Notes: a model not told the origin generated them from the sequence alone. A DNA stretch of 64,000 bases from an uncultured delta proteobacterium (GCA_963727625.1 CAVSHR010000005.1:960001-1024000), one strand, 5' to 3'; counted from the stretch's first letter, positions 29,314-39,671 are shown. Program-made: numbers and translations.

Positions 29314-30426
29314 ATGGATCTCAAGGTGACCGACCTTAGAAAGGCTTTTCATGCCCAAGCCGGAGAAGTCCAAGCCGTGCACGGGGTTTCGTTCGATGTT
29401 CCCAGAGGCACTTTTTTCACTTTGCTTGGGCCGAGCGGTAGCGGGAAAACAACCATTTTGCGCTGCATCGGCGGCCTGGAAATGCCGGATAGCGGCGAGA
29501 TTCGTCTGGGCGAAAAAATTTACTATTCCGATCAGCAGCGAATCGGGCTGATGCCCGAGGAGCGCGGCATCGGCATGGTGTTTCAATCCTACGCCATCTG
29601 GCCGCACATGACGGTTTTTAGCAACGTGGCTTTTCCGTTACGCTTCGGGCTAAAGCGCGTGCCCGCCGCCGAAATCACGACCCGGGTCGGACGGGTTCTC
29701 GACCTGGTTCAAATGGAGGGCTTGTCCTCACGCATGGCAACTCAGCTTTCCGGCGGCCAGCAGCAGCGGGTGGCTCTCGCCCGAGCGCTGGTTTCGGAGC
29801 CGGATTTGCTCCTGCTCGACGAACCGTTGTCTAATCTGGACGCCAAACTGCGCGAAGAGATGCGCGTGGAAATTCGCCGGATTCAGAAAACGCTCGGGCT
29901 TACGACGATCTACGTGACGCACGACCAAGCCGAGGCGCTTTCGATGTCCGATCAGATCGCGCTGTTGCGCAGCGGCAATATTGTTCAAGTCGGGGGTCCG
30001 AGAGAGCTGTACGAAAAACCCAACAACATGTTTGCGAGCGGATTCATCGGAACCAGCAACCAGCTTCCCGGAACCGTCGCCGGCCTTGTCTCACCGGGCG
30101 CGATGGGAAGCGTTTTTATTGCGGGAAAACCGCTCGCGTGCATTATCGTTGAGGGGTGCCCTCGACAAGGGCCCGTAATCGTCAGCATACGCCCGGAGGA
30201 CATCGAGGTGAGCGCTAACGGCGCGAACGAACCGGCGACCTGGAAGGGAATCGTGCGGCAGGTGGTTTATTTCGGCGACAGCATGAACTGCGAAATCGAT
30301 TTCGCGGGCACGGTGCTCCGGGCGCGACTGCACCCCTCCACCATCCTCGAGGACGGCCAGGAAGTGACGCTCAACTTCAAGGCCGGACGTTGCGTCGCCT
30401 TTCCCCAAGAATCGGCAAGCCGATAG
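29314..30426 (+). CDS. ABC transporter ATP-binding protein (FbpC/PotA-like)
   Basis: GPSGSGKT, LSGGQQQR, LLLDEP, C-terminal TOBE-like region. Confidence 0.95.
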   Translation: MDLKVTDLRKAFHAQAGEVQAVHGVSFDVPRGTFFTLLGPSGSGKTTILRCIGGLEMPDSGEIRLGEKIYYSDQQRIGLMPEERGIGMVFQSYAIWPHMTVFSNVAFPLRFGLKRVPAAEITTRVGRVLDLVQMEGLSSRMATQLSGGQQQRVALARALVSEPDLLLLDEPLSNLDAKLREEMRVEIRRIQKTLGLTTIYVTHDQAEALSMSDQIALLRSGNIVQVGGPRELYEKPNNMFASGFIGTSNQLPGTVAGLVSPGAMGSVFIAGKPLACIIVEGCPRQGPVIVSIRPEDIEVSANGANEPATWKGIVRQVVYFGDSMNCEIDFAGTVLRARLHPSTILEDGQEVTLNFKAGRCVAFPQESASR

Positions 30427-30456
30427 TTTCAGCGTTGCGCCGACGCCATGGCGGCA

Positions 30457-31482
30457 TTACTTTTTCGGTAACAACACTTCCCTGAGTTTTGCCACCACCG
30501 CCGGTTGTAAGTCGTAGAGACCGCCGAGTTTCTTGGCGATCGTTGGTCCGTTGATGACTTCGATTTCGAGCTTCGACTTCTTGGCTTCCGCCAGAAACTC
30601 CGGATCCTTCATCGTATCCACGAAGGCTTTTTGTAAAAGCTCAAGCCGGTCTTTGGCCATCCCGGGCGGCACTGTATAGGGGAACTGCGCCCCATGGGCG
30701 CTGTCGGCGACGTTGATGAGCTGGCGAGCGAAATCCGTCTTGGCGTAATCGACGGCCAGCGGAACTTTCTTATACTTTGGCTGGGATTGCAGACTCGCCT
30801 GGAGCACCGCGCGGATCTTTCCGCTTTGGTAAGCGTTGCGCCACACCGTTTCCACCGTCTGCCACGAACCGCAATAGCCGTCGACCTCTGCGGACTCCAC
30901 CGCGAGGCGCGCGCCCGCGCCGCCCTTGTAGCCGTCCAGGACATTAATCGGCAAATTGAGGGCGACCTTGAGAAGCTTGGGAATATCCGAGGTGCTGGTG
31001 CCGGGGCCGATGGCCGATATTTTCATCGGCCGCTTCGAGTTGATCCAGTCGTTCATGTTGGCTATGCCGCTTTTTTCATTAAACATGCACACCGTGTCGT
31101 AGGGACTCGGCACGCCGAGGTAGCCAAATTTACGACCATCGAATTTCGTTGCTTGATTGCCCATGACGTTTTGCAGCACCAATGGCGCCGCCCAGGCGCC
31201 GATGGTCAGACCGTCCGGCGCGGCCCGATTGTATAAATGATTTGCGGCGATAATCCCGCCGGCTCCGGTCATATTTTCCACGATGGTCGTCGGATTGCCC
31301 GCCACATGCTTGGAAAAATGGCGCGCGATGGTTCGGGTATAAAGATCGAAGGAGCCTCCGGCCGAATAACCGACGATGAACTTGATCGTTTTATCTTTAA
31401 AAAACTCCTGTGCTCGCGCCTGCGATAGCAAGCCAACGGCAAGTCCGAGCGCGAGCGTCAAAATGAATTTTAATTTTCGCAT
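30457..31482 (-). CDS. Tripartite tricarboxylate transporter substrate-binding protein (TctC/Bug)
   Basis: Signal peptide; IVGYSAGGSFD..R, VENMTGAGG, APDGLTI, GYKGG. Confidence 0.9.
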   Translation of the reverse strand: MRKLKFILTLALGLAVGLLSQARAQEFFKDKTIKFIVGYSAGGSFDLYTRTIARHFSKHVAGNPTTIVENMTGAGGIIAANHLYNRAAPDGLTIGAWAAPLVLQNVMGNQATKFDGRKFGYLGVPSPYDTVCMFNEKSGIANMNDWINSKRPMKISAIGPGTSTSDIPKLLKVALNLPINVLDGYKGGAGARLAVESAEVDGYCGSWQTVETVWRNAYQSGKIRAVLQASLQSQPKYKKVPLAVDYAKTDFARQLINVADSAHGAQFPYTVPPGMAKDRLELLQKAFVDTMKDPEFLAEAKKSKLEIEVINGPTIAKKLGGLYDLQPAVVAKLREVLLPKK

Positions 31483-31528
31483 CCTGTCAACTCCATTTCT
31501 TGCGCGTTTGTGGCTGCTGGCCTGATTT

Positions 31529-32131
31529 TTATCCGCGACCGACAAAAGGATTCGTCTTCTTTTCCGTCCGCTCCAAATACCTCACAAAGGTGTATTTATT
31601 TTCCGCGAGATCGGTGTTGGGCCGGGGAATCTCCCGGTGCAGCAAACTCTCTTCGACCTTGCAAACCAAGAAGGCGAGTTCATTTTGCGACAGCGCCTCG
31701 ATCCCCTTGTTTTTGAAGTCGTTGATTTCGCGGATTGTATGCGCGTTGACGATTCCCGCGCCGTGCGCCATCGCGACCAAATCCGTATTTCCCGCTGTGG
31801 CCGTCGGGTAGCTGATCCGGCTGCCGCTGTAGACGCCGTTGTCAAAGACATAAACGACCAAATTCTTCGGTCGCAAATTGCCCAGCGTCGCGAGATTGAA
31901 GAGCGAGAGCAACACACTGCCGTCGGAATCCAGCGCGATCACTTTGCGGTGCGGCAAAGCCAAGGCCAATCCCGTCGCCACACCGATGGCACAGCCCATC
32001 ATGCCGACCAACAGATTGCCTTCATGCTGCGACAGGTGGGACCACTCGATGCGTTGACCGCTCTGTGAAGTGACGACCAGCTGGTTGGTCATATTCGCCG
32101 CCAGCAACTCGAGGCATTCATGACGGATCAT
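31529..32131 (-). CDS. TPP-binding decarboxylase beta subunit (ComE/phosphonopyruvate decarboxylase-like) #1
   Basis: GMMG.A..A.GLALA, DSDGS.LL...VFDN..Y. Confidence 0.85.
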   Translation of the reverse strand: MIRHECLELLAANMTNQLVVTSQSGQRIEWSHLSQHEGNLLVGMMGCAIGVATGLALALPHRKVIALDSDGSVLLSLFNLATLGNLRPKNLVVYVFDNGVYSGSRISYPTATAGNTDLVAMAHGAGIVNAHTIREINDFKNKGIEALSQNELAFLVCKVEESLLHREIPRPNTDLAENKYTFVRYLERTEKKTNPFVGRG

Positions 32132-32634
32132 ACCGAAAACTCCCCGGCGAAAAGCAGCGCGTAAGGCGCGCGCAAAGCGTTGGCCGCCCGCACCGCGTCT
32201 TGGATTTTGCCTTCGAGGCGCGCGCCGTCTTCGAGCACCCGGTGTTCGATGCCGAGACCGTTCAGCACGGGAATCGTGTGGTTACCGATGGTGGCGTAGA
32301 GAAAACTGTTGCGCTGGTCGGGTACGCCGCCGAGATAACCGATGACGAGAAGAATCGGCACGCCGAGCTGTTTGCCGGTCACCAGCAAACTGTAGCTCGA
32401 CACGTAAATGCCGGTGTTTTCCATGTAAACAGCCGCCTGCTTGCCGCCCAGCGTGGCGCCCGCGGCGATGGTCACGGCTTCTTGCTCGCTGGCGGCGGCG
32501 ATCAGTTCCATGTCGGGATCATCGCGTATAAGCGGCACGATCTGACTCAGCCGGGTTTCCGGCAAGTAAGTCACGAAATTGATCCCGGCGTCTTTCAGAC
32601 CTTGGACCAATCTTTTCGCGAGTTCGTCTTTCAT
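32128..32634 (-). CDS. Decarboxylase alpha subunit (ComD-like PYR domain) #1
   Basis: LKDAGINFVTYLP, SEQEAVTIAAGA.LGGK, YMENTG; 4-bp overlap with the beta gene. Confidence 0.85.
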   Translation of the reverse strand: MKDELAKRLVQGLKDAGINFVTYLPETRLSQIVPLIRDDPDMELIAAASEQEAVTIAAGATLGGKQAAVYMENTGIYVSSYSLLVTGKQLGVPILLVIGYLGGVPDQRNSFLYATIGNHTIPVLNGLGIEHRVLEDGARLEGKIQDAVRAANALRAPYALLFAGEFSV

Positions 32635-32772
32635 GAATAATGAACTGCATTAGCAGAGACAGGAATGACTGGCAACGGGAAAAATACCCAAGGCCCGTTC
32701 CAATCGTTTAATCGCTTCGCTCCATTCGAGTCGTTTCGAAATAAATGCCCATGCCGGAAGCCCGACACTTCA

Positions 32773-35031
32773 TTACTCCGATTGCTCGCGTATCGCCCGC
32801 AGGATCTTCTCCGCCGTAATCGGCAAATCGAAAATCCGCACACCGACGGCGTCCGCTACCGCGTTGGCGATCGCCGCCGCGGTGGGAACGACGGGCGGCT
32901 CGCCGATACTCATGCCGCCGTACGGTCCGTTGCCCACCGGAAATTCCTGAATCACCGTTCTCAGAGTTGGAATATCCCGAATCGAAGGAATCTTATTCTC
33001 GCCGAAATGGGTCGTGATAACCTTGCCGCCGTCGATCACGACGCCTTCCATCATCGCGAAGCCGATGCCCATGACGACTCCGCCGTCGATTTGGCCTTGA
33101 TGCATAAGCGGATTGAGCACCGTTCCCGTGCTGTGCGCACTCGTGAACCGGTTGAGCTTCAACTGACCGGTCTCGACATCCACCTCCACCTCCGCCACCT
33201 GCACGCAAAGCGCCGCTTCCGGGCCGGATTCGAAGTTCTTGTAAAAGCCATGACCGCGAATCGCCTCTCCGTTGGCTTCCACTATCTCGCCGTAGGCTAT
33301 GTTCTTGCCGGCCGGCGTTCGCAGCCGGCCGTCGCCCGTCAATGACAGCAGCTCCTTGGCAATTCCCAATGACCGACCGGCAGCGTCCAGCAATTGCTCT
33401 TTCGCTTGGATTGCCGCCAGCCGTGTGGCGTTGCCGAAAATGCGCGTCCCCCGGCTCGCGCCGATGCCGGTGTCGGGTCCAACCCGGCTCGTATCCAATG
33501 TCTCGATGCGAATCTGCTGCAGCGAAACTTTCAGCTCTTCAGCCGCGACCAGCCGCATCGCCGTGTGCGTGCCCGCGCCCTGATCGAGCATCGCCGTAGA
33601 GACCGAGATGATCCCAGCTCCGTCGATCGTCACGAAGGCGTGGCATTCACCTCCCAACGGCAGCCATTGGGCGATCGCCGCCCCGCGCCCGGTATGTTTT
33701 CGCTTCGGTCGCCGGTAGCCGGAGCGCTCGAGCGCGCCGTCGAGAATTTCGTCGCTCTTGATATGCGGCACCTTGTGGCCGATTGGCGAGACATCGCCGT
33801 CACGCATCAGATTCTTTTTCCGAAACGCGATCGGGTCCATGGCCAATCGGCGCGCGATCAAGTCCATCTGCGACTCATTGGCGAAAAAACCCTGCGGGTC
33901 GCCCGGCGCCCGCATGTGGCCGCAAGGAATCTTGTTGGTGTAGACGATTTTCTCTTCGATATAGACGTTGGGGATATTATACGGCCCGGCGGCTTCTTTC
34001 GGACCGACCAAATAACCCTGGGGCTTGAACGCGCCGTAAGCGCCGCTGTCGAAAACATACTCCATTTGATGGGCCACGAGCCGGCCGTCTTTTTTAACGC
34101 CGCTTTTCACCCGCACGATCGCGGCGTGGCGCGGATTGCCGGCGACAAACTCTTCGGCATAGTCCATCACCATTTTCACCGGCCTGCCGCTCTTGAGCGA
34201 CAGGAGATAACAAATCGGCACGTCCATGAAGTCGCCCTTGCCGCCGAAGCAGCCGCCGATGAAAACCGGCCGGACGATAAAATCTTCGGTGTTTTTTCGG
34301 AATGCCGTGGCCATCTGCTCGCGCAGGGCGAAGGGGACCTTAGAGCAAGCCCAAATGTCGCTGGCGCTGCCGTCGCGCGCCTGCACGACGCAGGCATGCG
34401 GCTCGATGTAAGCTTGATGGACCGGTTGGGTCGTAAACATGTTTTCCACGATCAGATCGGCTTCGCGGAGTCCTGACTCGACATCGCCTTTGCGCCAATG
34501 CATGTTAACGAACACGTTGGTCGGCGCGTCGATCGGATGGAGCAGTCCGCGATAGCTTTGCACCCCGGGATGGAGCTGCGCGGCCGAAGGCTTGACCGCC
34601 TCGAGCGGGTCGAGCAACGCCGGCATTTCCTCATACTCGACCTCGATCAGACCCAGCGCTTCTTCAGCGATCGCCTCGCTCTCCGCCGCCACCGCCGCGA
34701 CTTTTTCGCCGATAAACCGAACCACGCCGTCGGCCAGAATCGGCATGTCGTAGATTTTCCGCCCGATCAAAAGGCCTTTGACGTCTTCTCCGGTCGCAAC
34801 GGCATGCACGCCGGGCAATTCCAGCGCGTGGACCGCGTCGATCTTTTTGATCCGCCCGTAGGAGATCGGACTGCGCAGAACTTTGCACCGGAGCATGCCC
34901 GGCAAGTCGACATCGGCGGCATAGATCGCCCCCCCCGAAACCTTTTCGGGGCCTTCCAGCCGCTGCGTCGGCGTGCCGATGATCTTTCTCGGCGCCGTTT
35001 TAGGGCGCGCCCGGGCGACTTTTTTTTTCAC
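32773..35031 (-). CDS. Xanthine dehydrogenase-family molybdopterin-binding large subunit
   Basis: KVSG.A.YAAD, HQAYIEP, GGCFGGK, MRAPG, GQIDGG, GEPP. Confidence 0.93.
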   Translation of the reverse strand: MKKKVARARPKTAPRKIIGTPTQRLEGPEKVSGGAIYAADVDLPGMLRCKVLRSPISYGRIKKIDAVHALELPGVHAVATGEDVKGLLIGRKIYDMPILADGVVRFIGEKVAAVAAESEAIAEEALGLIEVEYEEMPALLDPLEAVKPSAAQLHPGVQSYRGLLHPIDAPTNVFVNMHWRKGDVESGLREADLIVENMFTTQPVHQAYIEPHACVVQARDGSASDIWACSKVPFALREQMATAFRKNTEDFIVRPVFIGGCFGGKGDFMDVPICYLLSLKSGRPVKMVMDYAEEFVAGNPRHAAIVRVKSGVKKDGRLVAHQMEYVFDSGAYGAFKPQGYLVGPKEAAGPYNIPNVYIEEKIVYTNKIPCGHMRAPGDPQGFFANESQMDLIARRLAMDPIAFRKKNLMRDGDVSPIGHKVPHIKSDEILDGALERSGYRRPKRKHTGRGAAIAQWLPLGGECHAFVTIDGAGIISVSTAMLDQGAGTHTAMRLVAAEELKVSLQQIRIETLDTSRVGPDTGIGASRGTRIFGNATRLAAIQAKEQLLDAAGRSLGIAKELLSLTGDGRLRTPAGKNIAYGEIVEANGEAIRGHGFYKNFESGPEAALCVQVAEVEVDVETGQLKLNRFTSAHSTGTVLNPLMHQGQIDGGVVMGIGFAMMEGVVIDGGKVITTHFGENKIPSIRDIPTLRTVIQEFPVGNGPYGGMSIGEPPVVPTAAAIANAVADAVGVRIFDLPITAEKILRAIREQSE

Positions 35032-35035
35032 TTCA

Positions 35036-35803
35036 CTACTTTCCCGATGAAGGCTTGCCGGCAGCGGCGAAAGCGGCTTGCAAGCACACGCCGTGCAAGT
35101 CGACGGCGGTCAAGCCACAATATTCCAAACTGTAGCCGGGCCGCGCTTGCGCCATGCCGTCTTCCAAGAGTGTTTTAAAGACCAAGCGGCGAAAACTCCC
35201 ATGACCCATCACGCCGGCGTGCTCTTTGAGATCCGCCTCTTCGTGCGTGGAAAAATACACCGCTTGCTCGCGCGTGAGGCCATAATGGGTCGTCAGGGCC
35301 TTGTAGAAATCCGCGGACCAGTAGCCTGTCTGCTCTTCGGTAGCGCCGGCGGCATAGAATTCCGCCATGGTCCCTTCCCACAAAAGCGATCTTTTGAAAT
35401 CGAGCTTGGCGCGAAACTCGGCCAACATCGGCGCCAGAAAAATATCATCCTCGGCGATGCCCAGGGCCTTCGCCGTTTCCACCACCACATGCACATGACC
35501 CGGCGGCTCGGGGTGAATCAGTTCGTCGGCGAGCTTTTCCGCCATGCGCGCCATGAGGTCGCGATGTTTGCGAAAAAACGAAATATGCTTATGGTACGAC
35601 GCCGCCTCCACCGTGTTGATCTCTATGGTATAAGAGCCCCAGTTTTTGAAAAATGTCCGAAGCGCCTCTACCGGCAGCGTGCCGGCTCTCAACTGTTGCA
35701 TGAAGGGTGAATCGGTGACGCGCGCGCGCCATCGCGCGGCGACTTTCCGATAGTGCTCGTCGACGTATTCGCCGGCGCGATCGTTTCCCTTGGTTCCGGT
35801 CAT
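35036..35803 (-). CDS. Heme-oxygenase-like diiron enzyme (PqqC/CADD/TenA superfamily)
   Basis: Helical; DEL...GH, ATEEQ, YFSTHEEAD..H. Confidence 0.75.
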   Translation of the reverse strand: MTGTKGNDRAGEYVDEHYRKVAARWRARVTDSPFMQQLRAGTLPVEALRTFFKNWGSYTIEINTVEAASYHKHISFFRKHRDLMARMAEKLADELIHPEPPGHVHVVVETAKALGIAEDDIFLAPMLAEFRAKLDFKRSLLWEGTMAEFYAAGATEEQTGYWSADFYKALTTHYGLTREQAVYFSTHEEADLKEHAGVMGHGSFRRLVFKTLLEDGMAQARPGYSLEYCGLTAVDLHGVCLQAAFAAAGKPSSGK

Positions 35804-35833
35804 GGATCTCTCCCTTTGCGCTAGATGGTTCGA

Positions 35834-36433
35834 TCAGCCGCGGCCGCGGAAGATCGGTTTGCCTTCGCTTCGCTCGAGATAACGGACAAACTGATACTTG
35901 TTCTCCATCGGATCCAGATCGGTGCGCGTGATCTCCCGGTGGGCGACGCTCTCCTCGACCTTGCAGACGATAAATTTGAGCTGAGCCCCGTTCAGCGCCG
36001 TGTCCAGCTCCCGTTGGAAAGTTTCAAGATCGCGCACGGTCGCGGCCTGCTCGATTCCCGCCCCTCGCGCCATCATCGCTAAATCGGTTTTGCCCGCCGT
36101 CGCCGTCGGTTCGCTGATCCGCGTGCCACTGTACGCCTGGTTGTCGAAAACCAAGACGATCAAGTTTTTTGGATCGAGATTAGCCAGCGTCGCGAGATTG
36201 AACAGCGAGAGCAGCACACTGCCGTCCGATTCCAAGACGATGACCTTGCGCCGGGGCAAGCCAATGGCCAGGCCTATCCCTACGCCGAGCGCCGTTCCCA
36301 TAGTGCCGACCAAGAGATTGCCCGGGTGTTGCGATAAACTCGCCCACTCGATTTTCTGTCCGCTGAGCGAAGTGACGACGAGCTGGTCGGTAATCCGCGG
36401 CGCGAGCCGCGTCAAGCAGTCATAGCGGATCAT
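35834..36433 (-). CDS. ComE-like TPP-binding subunit #2
   Basis: Start MIRYDCL at 36433; GTMG, ESDGS...FDNQAYSGT. Confidence 0.85.
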   Translation of the reverse strand: MIRYDCLTRLAPRITDQLVVTSLSGQKIEWASLSQHPGNLLVGTMGTALGVGIGLAIGLPRRKVIVLESDGSVLLSLFNLATLANLDPKNLIVLVFDNQAYSGTRISEPTATAGKTDLAMMARGAGIEQAATVRDLETFQRELDTALNGAQLKFIVCKVEESVAHREITRTDLDPMENKYQFVRYLERSEGKPIFRGRG

Positions 36434-36936
36434 CGGGTGAAGTCTCCGGTAAACACCAGCGCCACGGGCAGTTTGAGGGCGTGCATGTGGCGCACCGCGT
36501 CCTGGATCTCGGGCTCGAGGCGCTCGCCGCTCTTGATAATCCGAAATTGAATCTGCAAAGCCTCCAACAAAGGCTCGACGTATGTTCCAGACACCGCATA
36601 AACTGAATTGTTCCTTTGATCGGCCATGCTGCCGAGGTAAGCGACCACGAGCAGCAAAGGCACACCGTAGCGCCTGGCGATGGATACTAGCGTGTAGCAC
36701 GAGACGTAGAGCCCGGTGCATTCCATGTAAATCGCAACCTGCTTGCCGGCCAACGCCGCGCCTGCGCCGATCGTGACTGCCTCCGATTCGCTGGCGACGG
36801 GCACCAGTGTAAACGATGGCTCGCTGCGCAAGAGCGGTAAAATCTGGCTGAGCCGGGTCTCCGGCAAATAGGTAACGAGATCGATGCCCGCTTGCTTCAG
36901 GCCACCGACCAATCTTTGAGCCAACTCTGCTTCCAT
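36430..36936 (-). CDS. ComD-like subunit #2
   Basis: TYLPETRL, SESEAV, YMECTG. Confidence 0.85.
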   Translation of the reverse strand: MEAELAQRLVGGLKQAGIDLVTYLPETRLSQILPLLRSEPSFTLVPVASESEAVTIGAGAALAGKQVAIYMECTGLYVSCYTLVSIARRYGVPLLLVVAYLGSMADQRNNSVYAVSGTYVEPLLEALQIQFRIIKSGERLEPEIQDAVRHMHALKLPVALVFTGDFTR

Positions 36937-36993
36937 CGATATCACCCAGGCAACGAAATTATCCGAGCCGTCGATGGCGAAAGGAGCCCATCG

Positions 36994-37983
36994 TCATTTT
37001 ATCCCCAACTCCTGATTCACTTCCCGCTGCAGAGAGAAATCGAAAATTTTGGATGCCGCAGCGGGTTCTTTCAACTTCAATAGTTCGGCATCGGCTTTGA
37101 GAAACTCCTCAATTTCCTTTTGTGAGGGAATTCCATCTGCCGTGAACGCCGGTTTGGCCAGCCGATAAGACTCCAGTGCAACAGCAATGTCGACGTGCTG
37201 ATATTTCGCCAGAACTTCGCTCGTGCCGCGTTCGTTTTCCCAGAAATAACGGTTCGCCTTTGCGCGCGCGCGGAGAATACGCTTCAAAAGGTCTCTGTTC
37301 TCGCGTAGAAATTTCTCGGTCACGGCCGTTCCATTCTGCAGGTTGGAAAGATCGTCCATGGCCGAGCCGAGAATGTTCAGCTTGAATTTATCGCGTGCCA
37401 AGATGACCGTCGGCGGCGAAAGGGCCGCCACGTCGATGACTCCGCTGACCAGGCTTTGCAGCTGCGCCGGGACGTCCCCACCCACCACCACGGTGAGATC
37501 CTTATCCGGATCGACGCCGCCTCTGCGAATCAGACGGGTGGCGGCCGTGTGCTGCGAGCCGCCGAAGGTTGTCGTACCCAGGATCTTGCCCTTCAGCTGG
37601 GAAATCGCAGTTATTTTTTTCCTGGCGACCAGCCAAAACAAGTTGCGCTTCAGACTTACCGTGAGCACCTTGAGGGGGATATCGCTACGCTCCAACGCGC
37701 GAATGACGGTTCCGATCCCGTTGGTGGCCTGCACCTGGCCGCTCAGCGCCGCTGCGATCGCCACGTTGCCGCGGATTTGCACGATATCGGCAACAAGCCC
37801 TTCATCGCGAAAGAAGCCTCGCTCCTTGGCGACGTAAAGGTCGATGGCGGCGATGCTCCGGCTGGGAATCGAGAAAACTATCTTTTCATAGGTTTGGCCC
37901 CAAAGCGGCTGGATCCACAACCAAGAAACCATAAAGGCCGGCACGATACCCCACCGGCTGAAACTGCTGCTCGTTGTTCTCAT
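36994..37983 (-). CDS. NMT1/SsuA-type substrate-binding protein
   Basis: Signal-like N-terminus; VAKERGFFRDEGL, QLKGK.LG, GVDPDKDL. Confidence 0.85.
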   Translation of the reverse strand: MRTTSSSFSRWGIVPAFMVSWLWIQPLWGQTYEKIVFSIPSRSIAAIDLYVAKERGFFRDEGLVADIVQIRGNVAIAAALSGQVQATNGIGTVIRALERSDIPLKVLTVSLKRNLFWLVARKKITAISQLKGKILGTTTFGGSQHTAATRLIRRGGVDPDKDLTVVVGGDVPAQLQSLVSGVIDVAALSPPTVILARDKFKLNILGSAMDDLSNLQNGTAVTEKFLRENRDLLKRILRARAKANRYFWENERGTSEVLAKYQHVDIAVALESYRLAKPAFTADGIPSQKEIEEFLKADAELLKLKEPAAASKIFDFSLQREVNQELGIK

Positions 37984-38164
37984 ATTCGTTCCGTTCTTTG
38001 ATCTTGCCGCTACAGGCGGCACCCAAGGATTCCCGCTTGACGGCGTCACGAACCGGCTAAAAACGGTTCCCATCCAGCGTTTCCGGCTCCGTTGTCCACC
38101 GACGTTTTCCCTAAAATAGTCGTTCGCCCTAAGCACCATTTTCGCCACTTGAGCATCCTTCCGG

Positions 38165-39133
38165 CTATTTCGGGGTTTCGCCCATCTCTTTTAGGACTTC
38201 CCGAGCGATGCTCAAATCAAAAACCTCGCTCAGCGGCACGTCTCTTTCAAGGTTGATATTTAACTTGGTGCTCTGGATCACTTTTTCCAAGATTTTATTC
38301 GACACTATAAGATTTCGGCTAAAGTTGCCCACCGTCGCATCGTAGGCCTGCGCGGCGGCTTTCGGGTTTGTCCGGCCCCACTTTGCGAGGATCTCGATCG
38401 CGCCCTTGCGATCCCCGATAATGAAGCGATTGGCCTTCAGGAGCGCGCGAAGAACTTTTTTAACTTCAGCCCGCTGGTTTTTAAGCTTTTGCTCGTGTAC
38501 TCCGACGCCGTTGACCGGGAAAATTAAAATATCGCGCACGTGGACCAAAGATTTGAAACCCAGGCTTTCCGCTTTGATATCCGCCGGCGGGGAAATGAAA
38601 CAAGCGTCGACCAAACCGGATTGCAATTGCGCGACCCGGCCGGAACTGCTCCCCGCCGCAACGAACTGCACGTCGGTATTCGGATCTAAATTAAAGTGCT
38701 CGGTCGTTAAGCGCGCTAAAATATCGGTAAGCGATCCAAACGAGCTAACCGCTATCTTTTTTCCTCTAAGATCCGAATATTTTTTGATTCTAGGATTAAC
38801 CACGGCAACGTGATTGGGCCTATCGATAAGAATGCCGGCCACTTTGATCGGAAGCCCTCTTAGATTGCCCGTCACGATGGATTGTAAAATCAAGTTGTAG
38901 TCGATGTTGCCGGCGGCGAGAGCGGCGATGGAAACGTTGGCGTTCATCTGAATGAGCTCGGCGTCCAACCCTTCCTCTTTAAAGAATCCTTTGAATTTGG
39001 CCACCCCCCCGCTAAGAAACGACATGTCGGGATTCGATATTGCGATGCGTATTTTCTGTGCTTCGGCGACGCCCAGCGAAAAGACGATTGTCAAAGCCGT
39101 TACAAAGGACGTTAATTTGATTCTCCTCACCAT
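38165..39133 (-). CDS. NMT1/SsuA-type substrate-binding protein
   Basis: Signal peptide ending AEA; KGFFKEEGLDAE, DLRGKKIAVS. Confidence 0.88.
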   Translation of the reverse strand: MVRRIKLTSFVTALTIVFSLGVAEAQKIRIAISNPDMSFLSGGVAKFKGFFKEEGLDAELIQMNANVSIAALAAGNIDYNLILQSIVTGNLRGLPIKVAGILIDRPNHVAVVNPRIKKYSDLRGKKIAVSSFGSLTDILARLTTEHFNLDPNTDVQFVAAGSSSGRVAQLQSGLVDACFISPPADIKAESLGFKSLVHVRDILIFPVNGVGVHEQKLKNQRAEVKKVLRALLKANRFIIGDRKGAIEILAKWGRTNPKAAAQAYDATVGNFSRNLIVSNKILEKVIQSTKLNINLERDVPLSEVFDLSIAREVLKEMGETPK

Positions 39134-39158
39134 TTTTTCTGCGCTCCTTTCTGAAAAG

Positions 39159-39671
39159 TCATTCCGCTTCGGTAAATTCTCCGGTAAATAGCAGCGCGAC
39201 CGGTTGCTTTAAAGCATGCATGGCGCGCATGGCGTTTTTGATTTTGGCCATAATGTTTCGGCCGTCTTTCAAGACGCGATGCTGGATCCCCAAAGCCTCC
39301 AGCTGGGGTATCATGCGCGCGCCGTATTGAGAATAGAGAAACGTGCTTCTTTGATCCTCCAAGCTGCCTATATAACTCACGATCAAGAGCATCGGGACGC
39401 CATAGCGAATGCCGACCGTCAAGAGGCTATAGGCAGAGACAAAAAGGCCCGTGCCTTCCATGTAAACCGCCGCCTGTTTGCCACCAAGGGCAGCCCCTGC
39501 AGCGACTCCCACCGCCTCGGCTTCGCTCGCGACCGGCGCCAACGTGAAAGACTCGTCGGCTGCCATCAGCGGGAGAATCCCGCTCAAGCGGGTCTCGGGA
39601 ACGTACGCGACAAAATTGATGCCTGCGTCCCTTAAGGCTTTGACTAAGCTATCCGCGAGTTGTGGGGTCAT
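39159..39671 (-). CDS. ComD-like subunit #3 (no beta gene directly downstream)
   Basis: YVPETRL, SEAEAV, YMEGTG. Confidence 0.85.
   Translation of the reverse strand: MTPQLADSLVKALRDAGINFVAYVPETRLSGILPLMAADESFTLAPVASEAEAVGVAAGAALGGKQAAVYMEGTGLFVSAYSLLTVGIRYGVPMLLIVSYIGSLEDQRSTFLYSQYGARMIPQLEALGIQHRVLKDGRNIMAKIKNAMRAMHALKQPVALLFTGEFTEAE

Noticed and set aside
31529-32634. Coenzyme M or phosphonate biosynthesis cluster
   Set aside because: No comA/B/C or PEP mutase gene in the window, and the motifs deviate from canonical ComDE and Ppd.
35036-35803. PQQ biosynthesis (pqqC) call
   Set aside because: No pqqABDE neighbours; only superfamily-level similarity is supportable.
35834-36721. Extended ComE-like ORF, and the extended Rieske ORF 23132..24568
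   Set aside because: The extensions overlap upstream genes; paralog alignment fixes starts at 36433 and 24316.
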